Notes under the pieces: model-generated | Told to the model about the DNA's origin: nothing | Databases searched by the model: none | What the model saw: the letters and a program-made list of their open reading frames with translations, nothing else | Shown here: in pieces, positions 50,301 to 60,319 of the stretch | Layout: every line of letters starts with the position of its first letter | Position numbering within the stretch: position 1 is the stretch's first letter | Translations under genes and position numbers: made by a program | Assembly (NCBI RefSeq): GCF_037042905.1 | Contig: NC_087251.1 | Coordinates: forward strand, 17,486,001-17,550,000 | Origin: Lytechinus pictus | Taxonomy: Eukaryota | DNA: 64,000 bases | Direction of reading: 5' to 3'

Positions 50301-53300
50301 GCAGCATTTGTCCACGTGCCGGCCACCCACAAATTTTAATGAATTTTTTTGTTTTGAATATCTGCCGATCCGATATCCGAACCGATTTCAATTTTGGGAG
50401 CAAAACTTGCAAACCGAACTCCGATCCCGTTATTGCTCTAACTTACAACATTAGGTTTAACCCTATCTAGGCCGGGGGGGGGGGGGGGGCCCTCGGAGGC
50501 CCCCCTCAACGATTCGCGCAATGTTTTCGCCGCGCGAATTTTCTTTACCGCGCCGCTTGCTGACTTTTTACTTTCAAGTCTTGCGCAACTTTTGAAACCA
50601 ATTTTGCGTCACCCGGGTACGCGGTTCCGAAATTACGCAACATTATGTAAGTGCATGTCAGACCAAAATTTGCTCAAAAACGTGATTTTGTGTACAAAGT
50701 CGATGCAAATTGTGTTTTCAACCAAAAATCATGAATGTATGATGATTTTTAGTTTTGCTGGTCTAAATGTATTTATTTCATGATCTCAGAAGAGTCCCCA
50801 ACAAATTTCATTGAAAAAACAATGAAAAACAAAAGGTAAAAAAAACAGAGAAATACATAAGAAATTGCAAAAAACAATATAATATATAAGAAAATGATTT
50901 AATATCACAATTTTGTTAACGTACAATTGCTAGGAACACCACAAAGAGTTTCTATACCAAAAATTAGAACATTTGGAGCTTTATTTAGGGAGTTAGAGAA
51001 AAAAATATGATTTCGCATACTAATTACGCATAAACCAGCATAATCACTTAATAGCAATTCGCATGAAATAAATTACTATACAATATTGTAGATTATGTCC
51101 TAGACAACCCGTGTGCCAATTTTCGGCGCGATCGCACGGTCGACGGCCGAGATCTTAAGGCCCCCCCCGGCCATATGAACTCCCAAAATACCCCGGCCTA
51201 GATAGAGTTAATAAAAATAGTTGTGGATTATTAATACATATAGATGATGAGAGAAGGTTACCAGGGTTTCTACAGGGATTTTTCTTAGTAGTTTTCCTAG
51301 AATCATGTTATTTCTTTCATTTTATTCCAGAAAATCATGTAAAGGAATTCTGTTAAGATATTTAAAAATGAGTGTTTATTCATATTTTTTCAAAAATATT
51401 TGTCTTTTCAATCGGCAAAATATATGTAGCATGTAAAGCATCTTTTTAAGGTTTCTTGTTCATAGATACCATAAACATCTGCAGTTCATGTGTTATTAAT
51501 TTTACATTAAAGTTTCTCTTTCCTTTTCCTCTGGAAACTCATAAAAAGTCATTGAATTTTAAAAAGGTGTATAATGAAGTAATTGTACTAACCCTAGAAA
51601 TCTGAGCTCCCTTTGTACCTAAACAAGTTTTTTTTTTCCTTTAGCAGGTGATTGGTAATGAAGGCATGGCCGGGATGGGTGGAGATGATGATGATCCCGA
51701 TACAGAAGAGGCTCTAGCAGAGTTTGATTTCTTGGTTGCTGAACAGACGGAAGGTGCAGGAGAGGCAAGGACAGTGGAGGGACCTGAATGGACTATAGGT
51801 GCTGGTAAGTGAATCATCTCAATTCTTTAAAGGAGAATGAAACCCTTGAAACCAGCTGAATCCATATCAAAGAGAAAAATCAAAGAAACATATTGTTGAA
51901 AGTTTGAGGAAGATTGAATGAATAATAAGAAAGTTATGAGCATTTGAATATTGAGATCACTAGTGCCATGTAGATCCTCCCAACGGCAATGCGACCAAGA
52001 TCTGTGATATCACACACGTACAACTCCCTCATTACTTTAGTACTTATTTCACTTATATTCTCACTTTTATAGAGTCTATCACAAGGTGAGGTGTTCTCTT
52101 TATGAGATGACAAGTACAGAGGTTTCACAACATTATATCATTGATGAATCGTTTGTCATATGATTAGAATGAGCAAAAAGAGATGTTTTGGGGTATATTT
52201 TCAGTGTCCAAATGGGAGAGTTGTACGTGTGTGACATCACAGATCTTGGTCGCATTGCCAATGGGAGGATCTCCATAGCATTAGTGATCTCGACATTCAA
52301 ATGCTCATAACTCTTTTATTGCTAGTCCTATTTTACTCAAAGTTTTGTTGATCTTATTCTTTGATTTTTCTGCTTTCACAAAAGCTGACTTGCTCCAAGA
52401 GTTTCATTCTCCTTTAATGTCTTATACCCTTGATGATTTGATGATCCTGATGGTGATGATGATGGAAATTGTTGTTTAACACATACAATATATATTTTCA
52501 TTTGAACACATTGATTAGGAGTTATGTGTAGCTTGCATGAAAATTGTTTTGTCATTTGCTTTGAGACATCCAGTTATGCTGATGGATTAGGTGTCCTACA
52601 AGTTTTATTGTAAGTCTAAAAATTGATCATTTGATTTTGCAATAGAAACTACACAACATGTGAATTAGAATTTAATGTCAGATATGGTTTAGTTACGATA
52701 CAACATTTTCTTTTTCTTTTATCAGGCAAGAAAGGTGTGGATCTATCACCAACGAGTGGGGAATGGGGTGTAGATCAAGGCATGCTGAACAAATTGAAAG
52801 AAGAATATAAGAAATCAAGAAGGAATATAGGCATTGACAGGCGTAAGTATTTCTGGTTTTCTATTGCACACAACTACCTAATCTGCCTTCAAATGTTTTT
52901 CATATTGAATTGCAACATTCATTTGTATAAGAGCTTCTTTGATTGTTAATGACATGTTAACTTTGTTGGATTGAATTTGATTGAAAGATTTTTTCAGCAT
53001 TTGGTAACTGCTAAAAGTAACTCTGACATGTATATTTTGTCCCGTGTGAATTTCAATCATCAATCTGCATCCTGGATTTCTGTTCCAGGGGCCTGTTTGA
53101 TAAAAAAAATTACAACTAACTTTGCCATTATTGTAACTTCGTAGAAAACCTTTATTGTGATTGGCTGCTTAGCCTTGTTACCATGGTAGTTACGATAATG
53201 ACAAAGTTACAATGCAGGCTCCAGGTCTCCTTGAGTATTAAAGTGGATTGATATTCATAATAACAGTAAAGAGAATACTGAAGAGTATTACAGGAGTGAG

Positions 53301-56300
53301 AATCTGTACATATCATTTTTCTTCATTTATCATTGAGAGCCTTTAACCCTTGATGAAAATATATTGTAGAAAAGCTTATTTTACAAAGTGTGAACATTGA
53401 GCTTACAATATTGAGTCTGATAATGAATGATCTCATCAATGTAAGATTAACCAGAAGGTTGAATTTCTTTGAATGAATTCATGTTTTTACAAGGACAGGC
53501 TAAGACTTTGTACAATGAGCAAGACTCCATGTGCAGTAGACTTATGTTTGCATTTAATCTTGTAACGATCACACTGGAAATTTTCTTTGTGAAAGCTGAT
53601 TATATTGTCACTAGTTCATGTCTGTCCAGAATGGCATAGTTTTAGTGTTAGCACTGGATGAAAGTGGGATCATTGCTTTGTCATTGTATTACAGGGCCTA
53701 ATAAAGCAGCATTGCAAGCTATGTTAGCCAACCTGGATGATGTAAATCCTCCACCTAGTAACACACAAAGCAGTTCAAGACCAAGAGCAGCTGACCTTGA
53801 TATCGCAGATGAAGCAGGTAAGATAGGTCACAGAGACATCTTCATGGCACTCTGCTTGTATTATGATGTATTGTATATTGCAGGGCAAGCTAGAATATTA
53901 TCATCATTATTGACAGCATCATCATCACTATCATCATCATCGTCATCATCATCGTTTCGTACACTTCAGACCTTCTCTTGCTTCTCTTGCTTAAGTTGTG
54001 AACAGTGTACAGATTCGTAATGCTTCCTTTATTCAATACTTGTTCAGGTCAAATGTCTTCTAACCATGATGTAGCTGCTAAAAAAGTATTTAAATGTAGT
54101 TGCTCTCAATATGTTGCAAAATGCTCTGTAACTTATAGCCAGAATTCACAAAGCTATTAACGGTCACATACAATTTAAGGTCCACCAACTATGCATGTTT
54201 CATGGTAAAGGGACATTCAATTAACACTTGCTCCTATGGTTTAGACCACAGTTTATTTGACTTGACCCACAGTTAATAAAAAAAAAAGTAAAACATACCA
54301 TAATCCAAATCCTAGTGATAGGTGTGAATATTCCAACATGGGAGCTACGTAAACCTTAGTGCAAATTTTTCAGTTGTTACCAAAATATTGGGTAGGATTG
54401 ATGGCCTTACTTATTTGTTTTGTTTTGTGTTAGATATTGCAGCAGCACCTCGTCAAGGTATTATGGGAGCAGATGAAGAAGCTATGGAAACCCTCCGACT
54501 TGGAGAACTTGCAGGATTGACTATCACTAATGAGGCTGATGCTCTCAGTTATGATGTGAGTTTCACATGGAAGAATTCTAGAAGGACAATTATTCATTAT
54601 GAGTGCCTGGTTTGGTTGATTCCAGTACTGTAGAAGACACTATTTTTTTTTCCATATAAAGTCTTTATTCCAAATTTTTCCACAAAGCTTATCAAACACA
54701 AAATGCATGTTATATATTACATACAGTTGTAAACTAATGTTATTATAATAGTAACTTTTATTATTTATATTACTACATGCATCATAGGTAGTAGTAGTAG
54801 ACTAGTAGTTATCGTAGTTATTAGTTGTATTTATGTTTTGAAACTAAGAGCGACCTTTGCCATAATCTGCAAAGAGTGGAAAATATATACCCTAGGGTGC
54901 GAGTTTTTATTTCATACATCTCATAATTTCCAAGACCTTGGACAACCCATAAAATGTATATCAATGAGTATGGGATATTTGTGTAATGATTTCATTTCAT
55001 TTCTGTAACAATTACATGATACATGATTACAAATTCACTTGAGTTTTCTGCATTGATTTTGCCATCAGATATCAGCGAATAAGGAGACCTTCCGAAAGAC
55101 ATGGAATCCTAAGTTTACGTTACGAAGCCATTTCGATGGTGTACGTGCTTTAGTGTTTCATCCTGAAGAGCAAGTCCTCATCACAGGATCGGAGGATAAT
55201 ACTCTTAAATTATGGAATTTACAGAAGACAGTCCCAGCCAAAAAGTGAGTGTATACATGTAGCAGGCCTTTGATTTCAATAATATAAAGGCATTGTCAAC
55301 CTTTAAAGGGTACACAAATTATCAAAGGCCATTGAACGGGGCATTGAAGCCAATTAATTGGGTACAGTAGATTGATCACTTAAATTAAAGCATTTTGTCA
55401 TGCGACATTATGCAACCATATGTTATTTAGATTTTGATTAAGTCGAAAATATTTCTGTGATCCTTGGATTTCAAATTATGTTCAGAACTGCAATTGTTAA
55501 TGTTTGAAACAGCCCAGGAACTTTGCTTCTATCAGGCTATTATTTGATATATTAGGTGTCCCAGAAAAAAAAAAGAACAGTAGAGTTCAAGTCTTTTGCC
55601 TTCAAATTTTTTTTTTTAATTGTTTTTACTTCACCGTATACAATGATCCTGATGTAGGCTGTCTTGCTAATGTAGACCATAGGTTAGATTTAAGCTATTG
55701 ATCCCATGTCCAAGATAATTCAATCTGGGTCTAAGTAAAATATATGAAAACAAATTGTGTTCAACTGTTTTAAGAAGAAAAGACTTTTCCCTCCCCTTAG
55801 TTATTTATCATATTTTTTACATTTTTTTTTTATTCAGAGCTGCTTCTCTAGATGTGGAACCTATTTATACATTCAGAGGACATGTGTAAGTACTGAGCAT
55901 CTTATTCGTTCTTATGTCATGTTTATTATTTCTATAGATTTTATCTCAAATGAATTTAAAGAAAATGTATCTGCAATCTGTAACTCACATTTGGACAATA
56001 ATTAAACCCATATTTAACTGTATAGACTAAACAAAAAAAAGCAGTCCATTCATTTATGGAATGAAATCTTCTTTCTTTGATCATCCAAACAAAGATAATA
56101 AAGTACAAATCATAGATATCATTTGTATACATATCTGTTTATTCTTGTTTCAATTAAAAGAAAAAAAAAAAACTTTTACAGTAAAATTGGAGTAATTTGT
56201 ACTTTGTACTAATTTGGCAACTAACATTCCATATATGCGATGTCTAAGTTAACCTATGGTTATCTAAACCATTGCTTGGAGAACATTACATGTTATGTGT

Positions 56301-59300
56301 ATTTTTATTTGAAATACAAGAAGCATCATTGGAAAAATGAAGTCTGTGAATTCTTTTGTTAAAAAATAGAAATGTGATAGAATGAGAAATTACTTCTACA
56401 ATTACATGTACAATTTATGCAAGCAGTGTATTGAGAGGTTGTGCTAGTCACTGATTTTGATTTTATTTAATTTTGACAGAGGGGCTGTTCTAAGTTTGGC
56501 GGTTAGTAGTAATGGGGAACAGTGTTTCAGTGGTGGAATGGATTCCTCTATCAGATGTTGGAATATTCCTGGTTCAAATATTGATCCATATGACTCATAT
56601 GGTAAGTAATGTGCTTAAGTCAATCAAGGCAGCACCCAAGCTTAGCTATGTATTTATTTATAAGGGTAATGATATATGAGGCATCCAAGAAAAAAAAATG
56701 TTGCAGTGGCTAAAGGTTTATTATTTCACCATAAGTGACAAGCAACTGTACCATTTGAATTCTCTGTAAAAAAAAGAAGGGTTTATGCTAAGTGAAATGA
56801 AAAAGTCCACGCAGACGGTTTATTTAATGGCCATGTGTTCATTTTTTATTAGGCTAAATTGATTGATGATGTAAGATGTAAGTGGAGATGGGAGATAAAA
56901 AATTTTGGGATAGAAATACACGATTTGTAAATATTTGAGTGGAGAGGAGTTTAAGGATTCTGTAACACCAATGACCGTTTTTGTAGTATTCTTTAATAGC
57001 CGCTCGCTAATCCCTGCATGTTCTTTACGCTTCTTTTAGATCCTTCAGTAATGGCTGATACCTATGTAGGTCATAGCAATGCCGTATGGGGTCTATCATA
57101 CGACGGGACTAAAAACAGTTTGGTATCGTGTTCGTCTGACGGTACTGTCAAGTTGTGGAGTCCGAGCAAGAAGTCGCCCCTTCTAACCACCATCACAGCA
57201 GATACAGGTAAGGCATCAAAAGGCATCTCAGTTTCTGATTGGTTGTGATAGCTTCATTTAGGGTGTGCTTTATGCTTTCTTTGTGAAGGCAGAATAATTG
57301 TTTTGAAATGCTCATTGTGAATGAACTTCCATAGAGTCCCTTGTCCTTTGGCAAGGCATTTATCATTATTTTACACTCTCTGCCCGGGGTAGTAAATGGG
57401 TACCTGAGGCCTGTTGCATAAGACTTTTGCTATAAAGAAAAAACTTTGCAAATCAACAAAATCTCTGGCAAACAAAATTATGCCATTGCCACTTACACAT
57501 TAAAGAACTATTTTCTTTTATGCAACAAGCCACAGGTTTGTAGATATTCCTTGAATGCTCGAGCACCTATGCAGTATGCAGCACTTCAAAACCTTATATA
57601 AATGTTGCATATTATTATTATTATGTATGCTTCTTTTTTTAGGCTATATCTGTCTAACAGTTATGCTGCACATACGTTGACCTAGAAGTCAAGTGTTGGC
57701 ACTCAATCTTTTTTAAAAAGAGCGTTACATAATTTGGCAATCTCAATCAAACTGGAGACCTGTTTGTAATGACATCAATTAACTACATTTCAGATTGATG
57801 TTGTGTTTATGCTTTCTCATTAACCATCTTTTGGGAGAAATTCTGATCTCAAACACACCTTTTGATGATTATTCTGCAATTTGTGTGTGCAATGGGTATT
57901 TATATAATAAGGAGGAAGGATTAATGTTTTATGCCTGATTATGGCATGCAAAAGAAAGCATTTACGTATGCAATTCAAAGGTCCCAGTTCATTATATGTT
58001 TATACTTGTTTTGGTATCTGTGCAATTAGTGTGATATGTCTACTTTCTGTATCAGACTTGTTCCATGGATTCATTGTTCTACAAGGAGGTATTTATGTAA
58101 AGCTATTCAATTATTAATTATGTTTTCTTTGATTTATCACAGCATTTGGATTGCCCACCTCAGTGGACTTTGTACGCTGTGACACGAGTCAGATCACAGT
58201 GGGCTTTACATCAGCTGATGTCGCTGTGTTTGATCTAGAGACTGCCAAGAAAGTCATTACACTAGACAGCAGGTTACCCTCAGGTAGGTCTGGTGGTGGC
58301 ATTGGTAGTGGTAGTGGTGGGGGTGGTGATGGTGGTGGTCACAGTGGTGGTCATGATTGTGGTGGTGATGATGACGATGATGACGGTGGTGGTGGTGGTG
58401 GTCATGATCATGGTGGGGATGATGAGGAGGTTGAGTATTTAAGATGAAGATGATTATGATGTAAATGATGATGGTGATGGAAATCATGAAGAGGTGGGGG
58501 AGAAAGAGGAGAGTATGATGGTGGTGACCTTGATAGTCATAATGTTGATGATGACGCTAATACTATTGATGATGGTGATAATTAAGATGACGAGGATGAA
58601 AATGGTTATGATATTGATATTGGTGTAGTGATTAAAATTATTATTTCAGTGATCATGAAATCCATAATTTGAAGAAATTATGATTGTTATAATAGTGATA
58701 GTTATGGATCTATACTGCTGCAGAAGTGAGTCTGATGAAATTTGCACTTGATATATCACAGTAATTGTTAATCTTCAAATAGATCATTATTCATGAATAC
58801 AAATTATTTATTCAAACTATAATGAAATTTTACATGTATTTTTGATATTAATTCGGTTTTGGAATACAGACAGCCCAACTAGTCAAGTAAACAGGGTAGC
58901 CAGTCATCCAACTCTCCCAGTCACTATCACTGCACATGAAGACAGGCATATCAGATTCTTTGATAATAATAGTGGTAAGTATTCTAAAGCCCACTTTATA
59001 CAAGAACAAACCATTAGAAAGAGTTCTCCCAACTCCCGGCCTGGTACTCCGACACTCTCAAGCCCAGAAAAGTTGAGCATTATCAGGACTCCCATAAAAC
59101 TATGTTTTTACAAGAATTTTTTCTGCAATTCTGTGAAATATGACCACCAGAATCCCTATACGATTTTGTCCATTTTCTAGATCATAATGAAAGGCTGTTA
59201 TGCTCTCAAGTTATCATGGCTCAAGCAGTTTATAGAGTGAAGTAAAAATGGATGGAGACATGCAAGATGGTTGCTTATTTGATGAAATCGTCTTATATTC

Positions 59301-60319
59301 TAACTATTTTTACCAGAAACGACAAGCTTCATGCAAAGAGATAAAGAATTAGAAAGAAATTGTATTAACTAATTATATTTTGTTCTTGTCAGGTAAAATG
59401 GTTCACAGTATGGTGGCCCATCTGGATGCAGTAACCTGCCTAGCTGTGGACCCTAATGGACTCTACCTCTTGTCTGGAAGTAAGTACTTCTTTTGGAAAA
59501 CTTTCTTAAGAAAATGTTTGAATAATAGGAATTTATTACTGGAATATCTTCTAACATTCAAATCTGATACAGGTGTGATGGGGGATGAACCATTGATCCA
59601 TTGAAAAGTACCAATCAGTTTTTCTTAAATTTCCACACATCACCAAGGGAACATTAAAATTTAAAAAAGATATTTAAAAATTGATTTCTAAATTGTTTAA
59701 CATTCTCATTTAGAAGAAGGATTGTTATAAAGTAATATAATTATTATGTTGAGTCACCAATAATAATGGAGAAATGTGAAGAGAATTAAAAATAACTGAT
59801 AGGATAGAAAAAGGAGGAAATAGATGAAAAAGAGAAAGAAAATGGATGTTGTTTATTGTATTTTTCATAACAGATAACAATTATGAATGATCAAAATTAC
59901 ATTCAAATTAGAATTCATTTCCCAGGCATTTCGAAGCTTTAAATAACCAGATTTTATGCAGAAAATGTGTCCTTCCTCAGGCCTGTCTTTTTTGTGTACC
60001 AGGCAAATCCAAGCTTTGCATTCTGTAAAGAGGGGATGAAAATGTGCCGTAAACACAGTAACTCATGGTATGCTATGTAACATGACGTGTAGATTTTGGC
60101 TTTAACCTTATAATTAATGACAAATTTCTGGTTGTCCATTACTTTGCAGGTCACGACTGCTCAATCAGACTTTGGAACCTTGATAGTAAAACATGCGTCC
60201 AAGAAATCACCTCCCATCGCAAGAAGTTTGATGAATCGATATACGATGTGGCCTTCCACCCCTCTAAGCCCTACATCGCTAGCGGGGGAGCAGATGCACT
60301 AGCCAAAGTGTTTGTCTGA
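24216..60319 (+). CDS. STRN3: Striatin-family protein (STRN3/SG2NA-like PP2A B''' subunit, STRIPAK scaffold); 18 coding exons, complete
   Basis: N-terminal YTIPGILHFIQHEWARFEMERAQWEVERAELQARIAFLQGERKGQENLKHDLVRRIKMLEFALKQER; C-terminal WD40 repeats ending ADALAKVFV*. All introns are GT-AG and phase-consistent; exons sum to 2385 nt. Probably co-orthologous to vertebrate STRN/STRN3/STRN4. Confidence 0.96.
25317..26370. mobile_element. Tc1/mariner (pogo-like) MITE, TA TSD
   Basis: Perfect TIR CCGTAAGTAACGGTGTATTAACCGCACC flanked by TA. Confidence 0.9.
26537..26693. mobile_element. Small PIF/Harbinger-like MITE, CTG TSD
   Basis: CTG|GGGAGCGTTTCAT ... ATGAAATGCTCCC|CTG. Confidence 0.75.
26953..27550. 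mobile_element. TTAA-flanked MITE, related to 9762-10344
   Basis: AGGGATACTCCAGGCTGAAAA ... TTTTCAGCCTGGAGCACCCT. Confidence 0.8.
27620..27810. repeat. (CAT)n degenerate microsatellite
   Basis: Runs of CATCATCAT. Confidence 0.75.
28494..28983. mobile_element. Older TTAA-flanked MITE
   Basis: TTAA|ATGGGAAGTTCACCCTGA ... TCAAGGTGAAATTCCCCA|TTAA. Confidence 0.7.
29058..29161 (+). CDS. STRN3: Striatin exon 2
   Basis: ARIAFLQGERKGQENLKHDLVRRIKMLEFALKQER; AG|GTAAAT. Confidence 0.95.
30377..30444 (+). CDS. STRN3: Striatin exon 3
   Basis: MKYQKLKSGSDKDELKAPTFDG; G|GTAAGA. Confidence 0.88.
30717..31470. mobile_element. hAT-like MITE
   Basis: TIR YAGAGCTGCCAACC at both ends; TSD imperfect. Confidence 0.72.
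32183..32984. mobile_element. PIF/Harbinger-like MITE, TAA TSD
   Basis: TAA|GGCTGCGTTTAT ... ATAAACGCACCC|TAA; subterminal GAATCATGATTT tandem palindromes. Confidence 0.82.
32988..33208. mobile_element. Small TIR MITE (Tc1-like)
   Basis: GTGCTAAAAGTTAGTGAACCCCACCAGA / TCTGGTGGGGTTCACTAACTTTTTAGCAC. Confidence 0.7.
33603..34185. mobile_element. TTAA-flanked MITE, young family, copy B (inverted relative to A and C)
   Basis: Same TIR and TSD, opposite orientation. Confidence 0.9.
34600..35484 (-). mobile_element. HINE/pearl-like element, diverged copy 3
   Basis: Reverse complement of the same termini and internal repeats. Confidence 0.75.
36364..36439 (+). CDS. STRN3: Striatin exon 4
   Basis: EGGQEESALSPNSINFRQSRQLLRQ; CA|GTGAGT. 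Confidence 0.88.
38135..38990. mobile_element. GC-rich TIR MITE
   Basis: GTTGGTTTCAAACCGCCTCGA / TCGAGGCGGTCTGAAACCACC, flanked by TA. Confidence 0.8.
41590..42338 (+). mobile_element. Internally deleted DNA transposon retaining the start of a SAP-domain-like ORF
   Basis: Perfect 21-bp TIR AATTCTCGCTACCCCAAATAG; ORF from 42012 MDKKSVSELKKILTDRGIPCNGKRRAELVTLA. Confidence 0.8.
43843..44285. mobile_element. Tc1/mariner MITE, TA TSD
   Basis: TA|CAGCGCGTCCCCCCAAAAATGTCCC ... GGGACATTTTTTGGGGGACGCGCTG|TA. Confidence 0.88.
45385..45915. mobile_element. TTAA MITE, inverted relative of 26953-27550, left end eroded
   Basis: Ends TTTTCAGCGTGGAGTATCCCT|TTAA; reverse-complement similarity to 26953-27500. 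Confidence 0.72.
47501..47692 (+). CDS. STRN3: Striatin exon 5
   Basis: YLQEIGYTDTILDIRSNRVRSLLGL...; AG|GTAAGT. Confidence 0.93.
48501..48702 (+). CDS. STRN3: Striatin exon 6
   Basis: QHEKPRIH...VLSTFDFLSD...VVKKKK|GTGAGG. Confidence 0.9.
48875..50453. mobile_element. hAT-like non-autonomous element with an internal minisatellite
   Basis: TIR TAATGTTGTAA; 8-bp TSD GGTTTAAC at 48867-48874 and 50454-50461; about 8 copies of a ~109-bp repeat at 49400-50190. Confidence 0.85.
50461..51207. mobile_element. piggyBac-like MITE, TTAA TSD
   Basis: TTAA|CCCTATCTAGGCCGGGG ... CCCCGGCCTAGATAGAG|TTAA. Confidence 0.85.
51648..51804 (+). CDS. STRN3: Striatin exon 7 (NAGNAG acceptor; alternative start 51645)
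   Basis: VIGNEGMAGMGGDDDDPDTEEALAEFDFLVAEQTEGAGEART...; G|GTAAGT. Confidence 0.92.
51831..52413. mobile_element. TTAA-flanked MITE, young family, copy C
   Basis: Same TIR and TSD; starts 26 nt after striatin exon 7. Confidence 0.9.
52726..52842 (+). CDS. STRN3: Striatin exon 8
   Basis: KKGVDLSPTSGEWGVDQGMLNKLKEEYKKSRR...; C|GTAAGT. Confidence 0.9.
53695..53817 (+). CDS. STRN3: Striatin exon 9
   Basis: PNKAALQAMLANLDD...DEA; G|GTAAGA. Confidence 0.88.
54434..54555 (+). CDS. STRN3: Striatin exon 10
   Basis: ...LRLGELAGLTITNEADALSYD|GTGAGT. Confidence 0.92.
55069..55244 (+). CDS. STRN3: Striatin exon 11 (first WD40)
   Basis: ISANKETFRKTWNPKFTLRSHFDGVRAL...LKLWNLQKTVPAK. Confidence 0.95.
55838..55885 (+). 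CDS. STRN3: Striatin exon 12
   Basis: AASLDVEPIYTFRGH; GT|GTAAGT. Confidence 0.93.
56480..56601 (+). CDS. STRN3: Striatin exon 13
   Basis: GAVLSLAVSSNGEQCFSGGMDSSIRCWNIP...DPYDSY. Confidence 0.94.
57040..57207 (+). CDS. STRN3: Striatin exon 14
   Basis: PSVMADTYVGHSNAVWGL...SCSSDGTVKLW. Confidence 0.94.
58143..58283 (+). CDS. STRN3: Striatin exon 15
   Basis: FGLPTSVDFVRCD...LDSRLPS; G|GTAGGT. Confidence 0.92.
58288..58620. repeat. (GGT)/(GAT) low-complexity tract
   Basis: Degenerate trinucleotide repeats immediately after the striatin exon 15 donor. Confidence 0.85.
58870..58974 (+). CDS. STRN3: Striatin exon 16
   Basis: SQVNRVASHPTLPVTITAHEDRHIRFFDNNS. Confidence 0.93.
59393..59479 (+). 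CDS. STRN3: Striatin exon 17
   Basis: KMVHSMVAHLDAVTCLAVDPNGLYLLSG. Confidence 0.95.
60150..60319 (+). CDS. STRN3: Striatin exon 18 (last coding exon)
   Basis: HDCSIRLWNLDSKTCVQEITSHRKKFDESIYDVAFHPSKPYIASGGADALAKVFV*. Confidence 0.95.

Noticed and set aside
48976..50470. Cluster of overlapping 60-128 aa ORFs
   Set aside because: They are products of the minisatellites inside the hAT-like element.
58284..58487. Gly/Asp-rich and His-rich ORFs
   Set aside because: These are translations of an intronic GGT/GAT microsatellite beyond the exon 15 donor.
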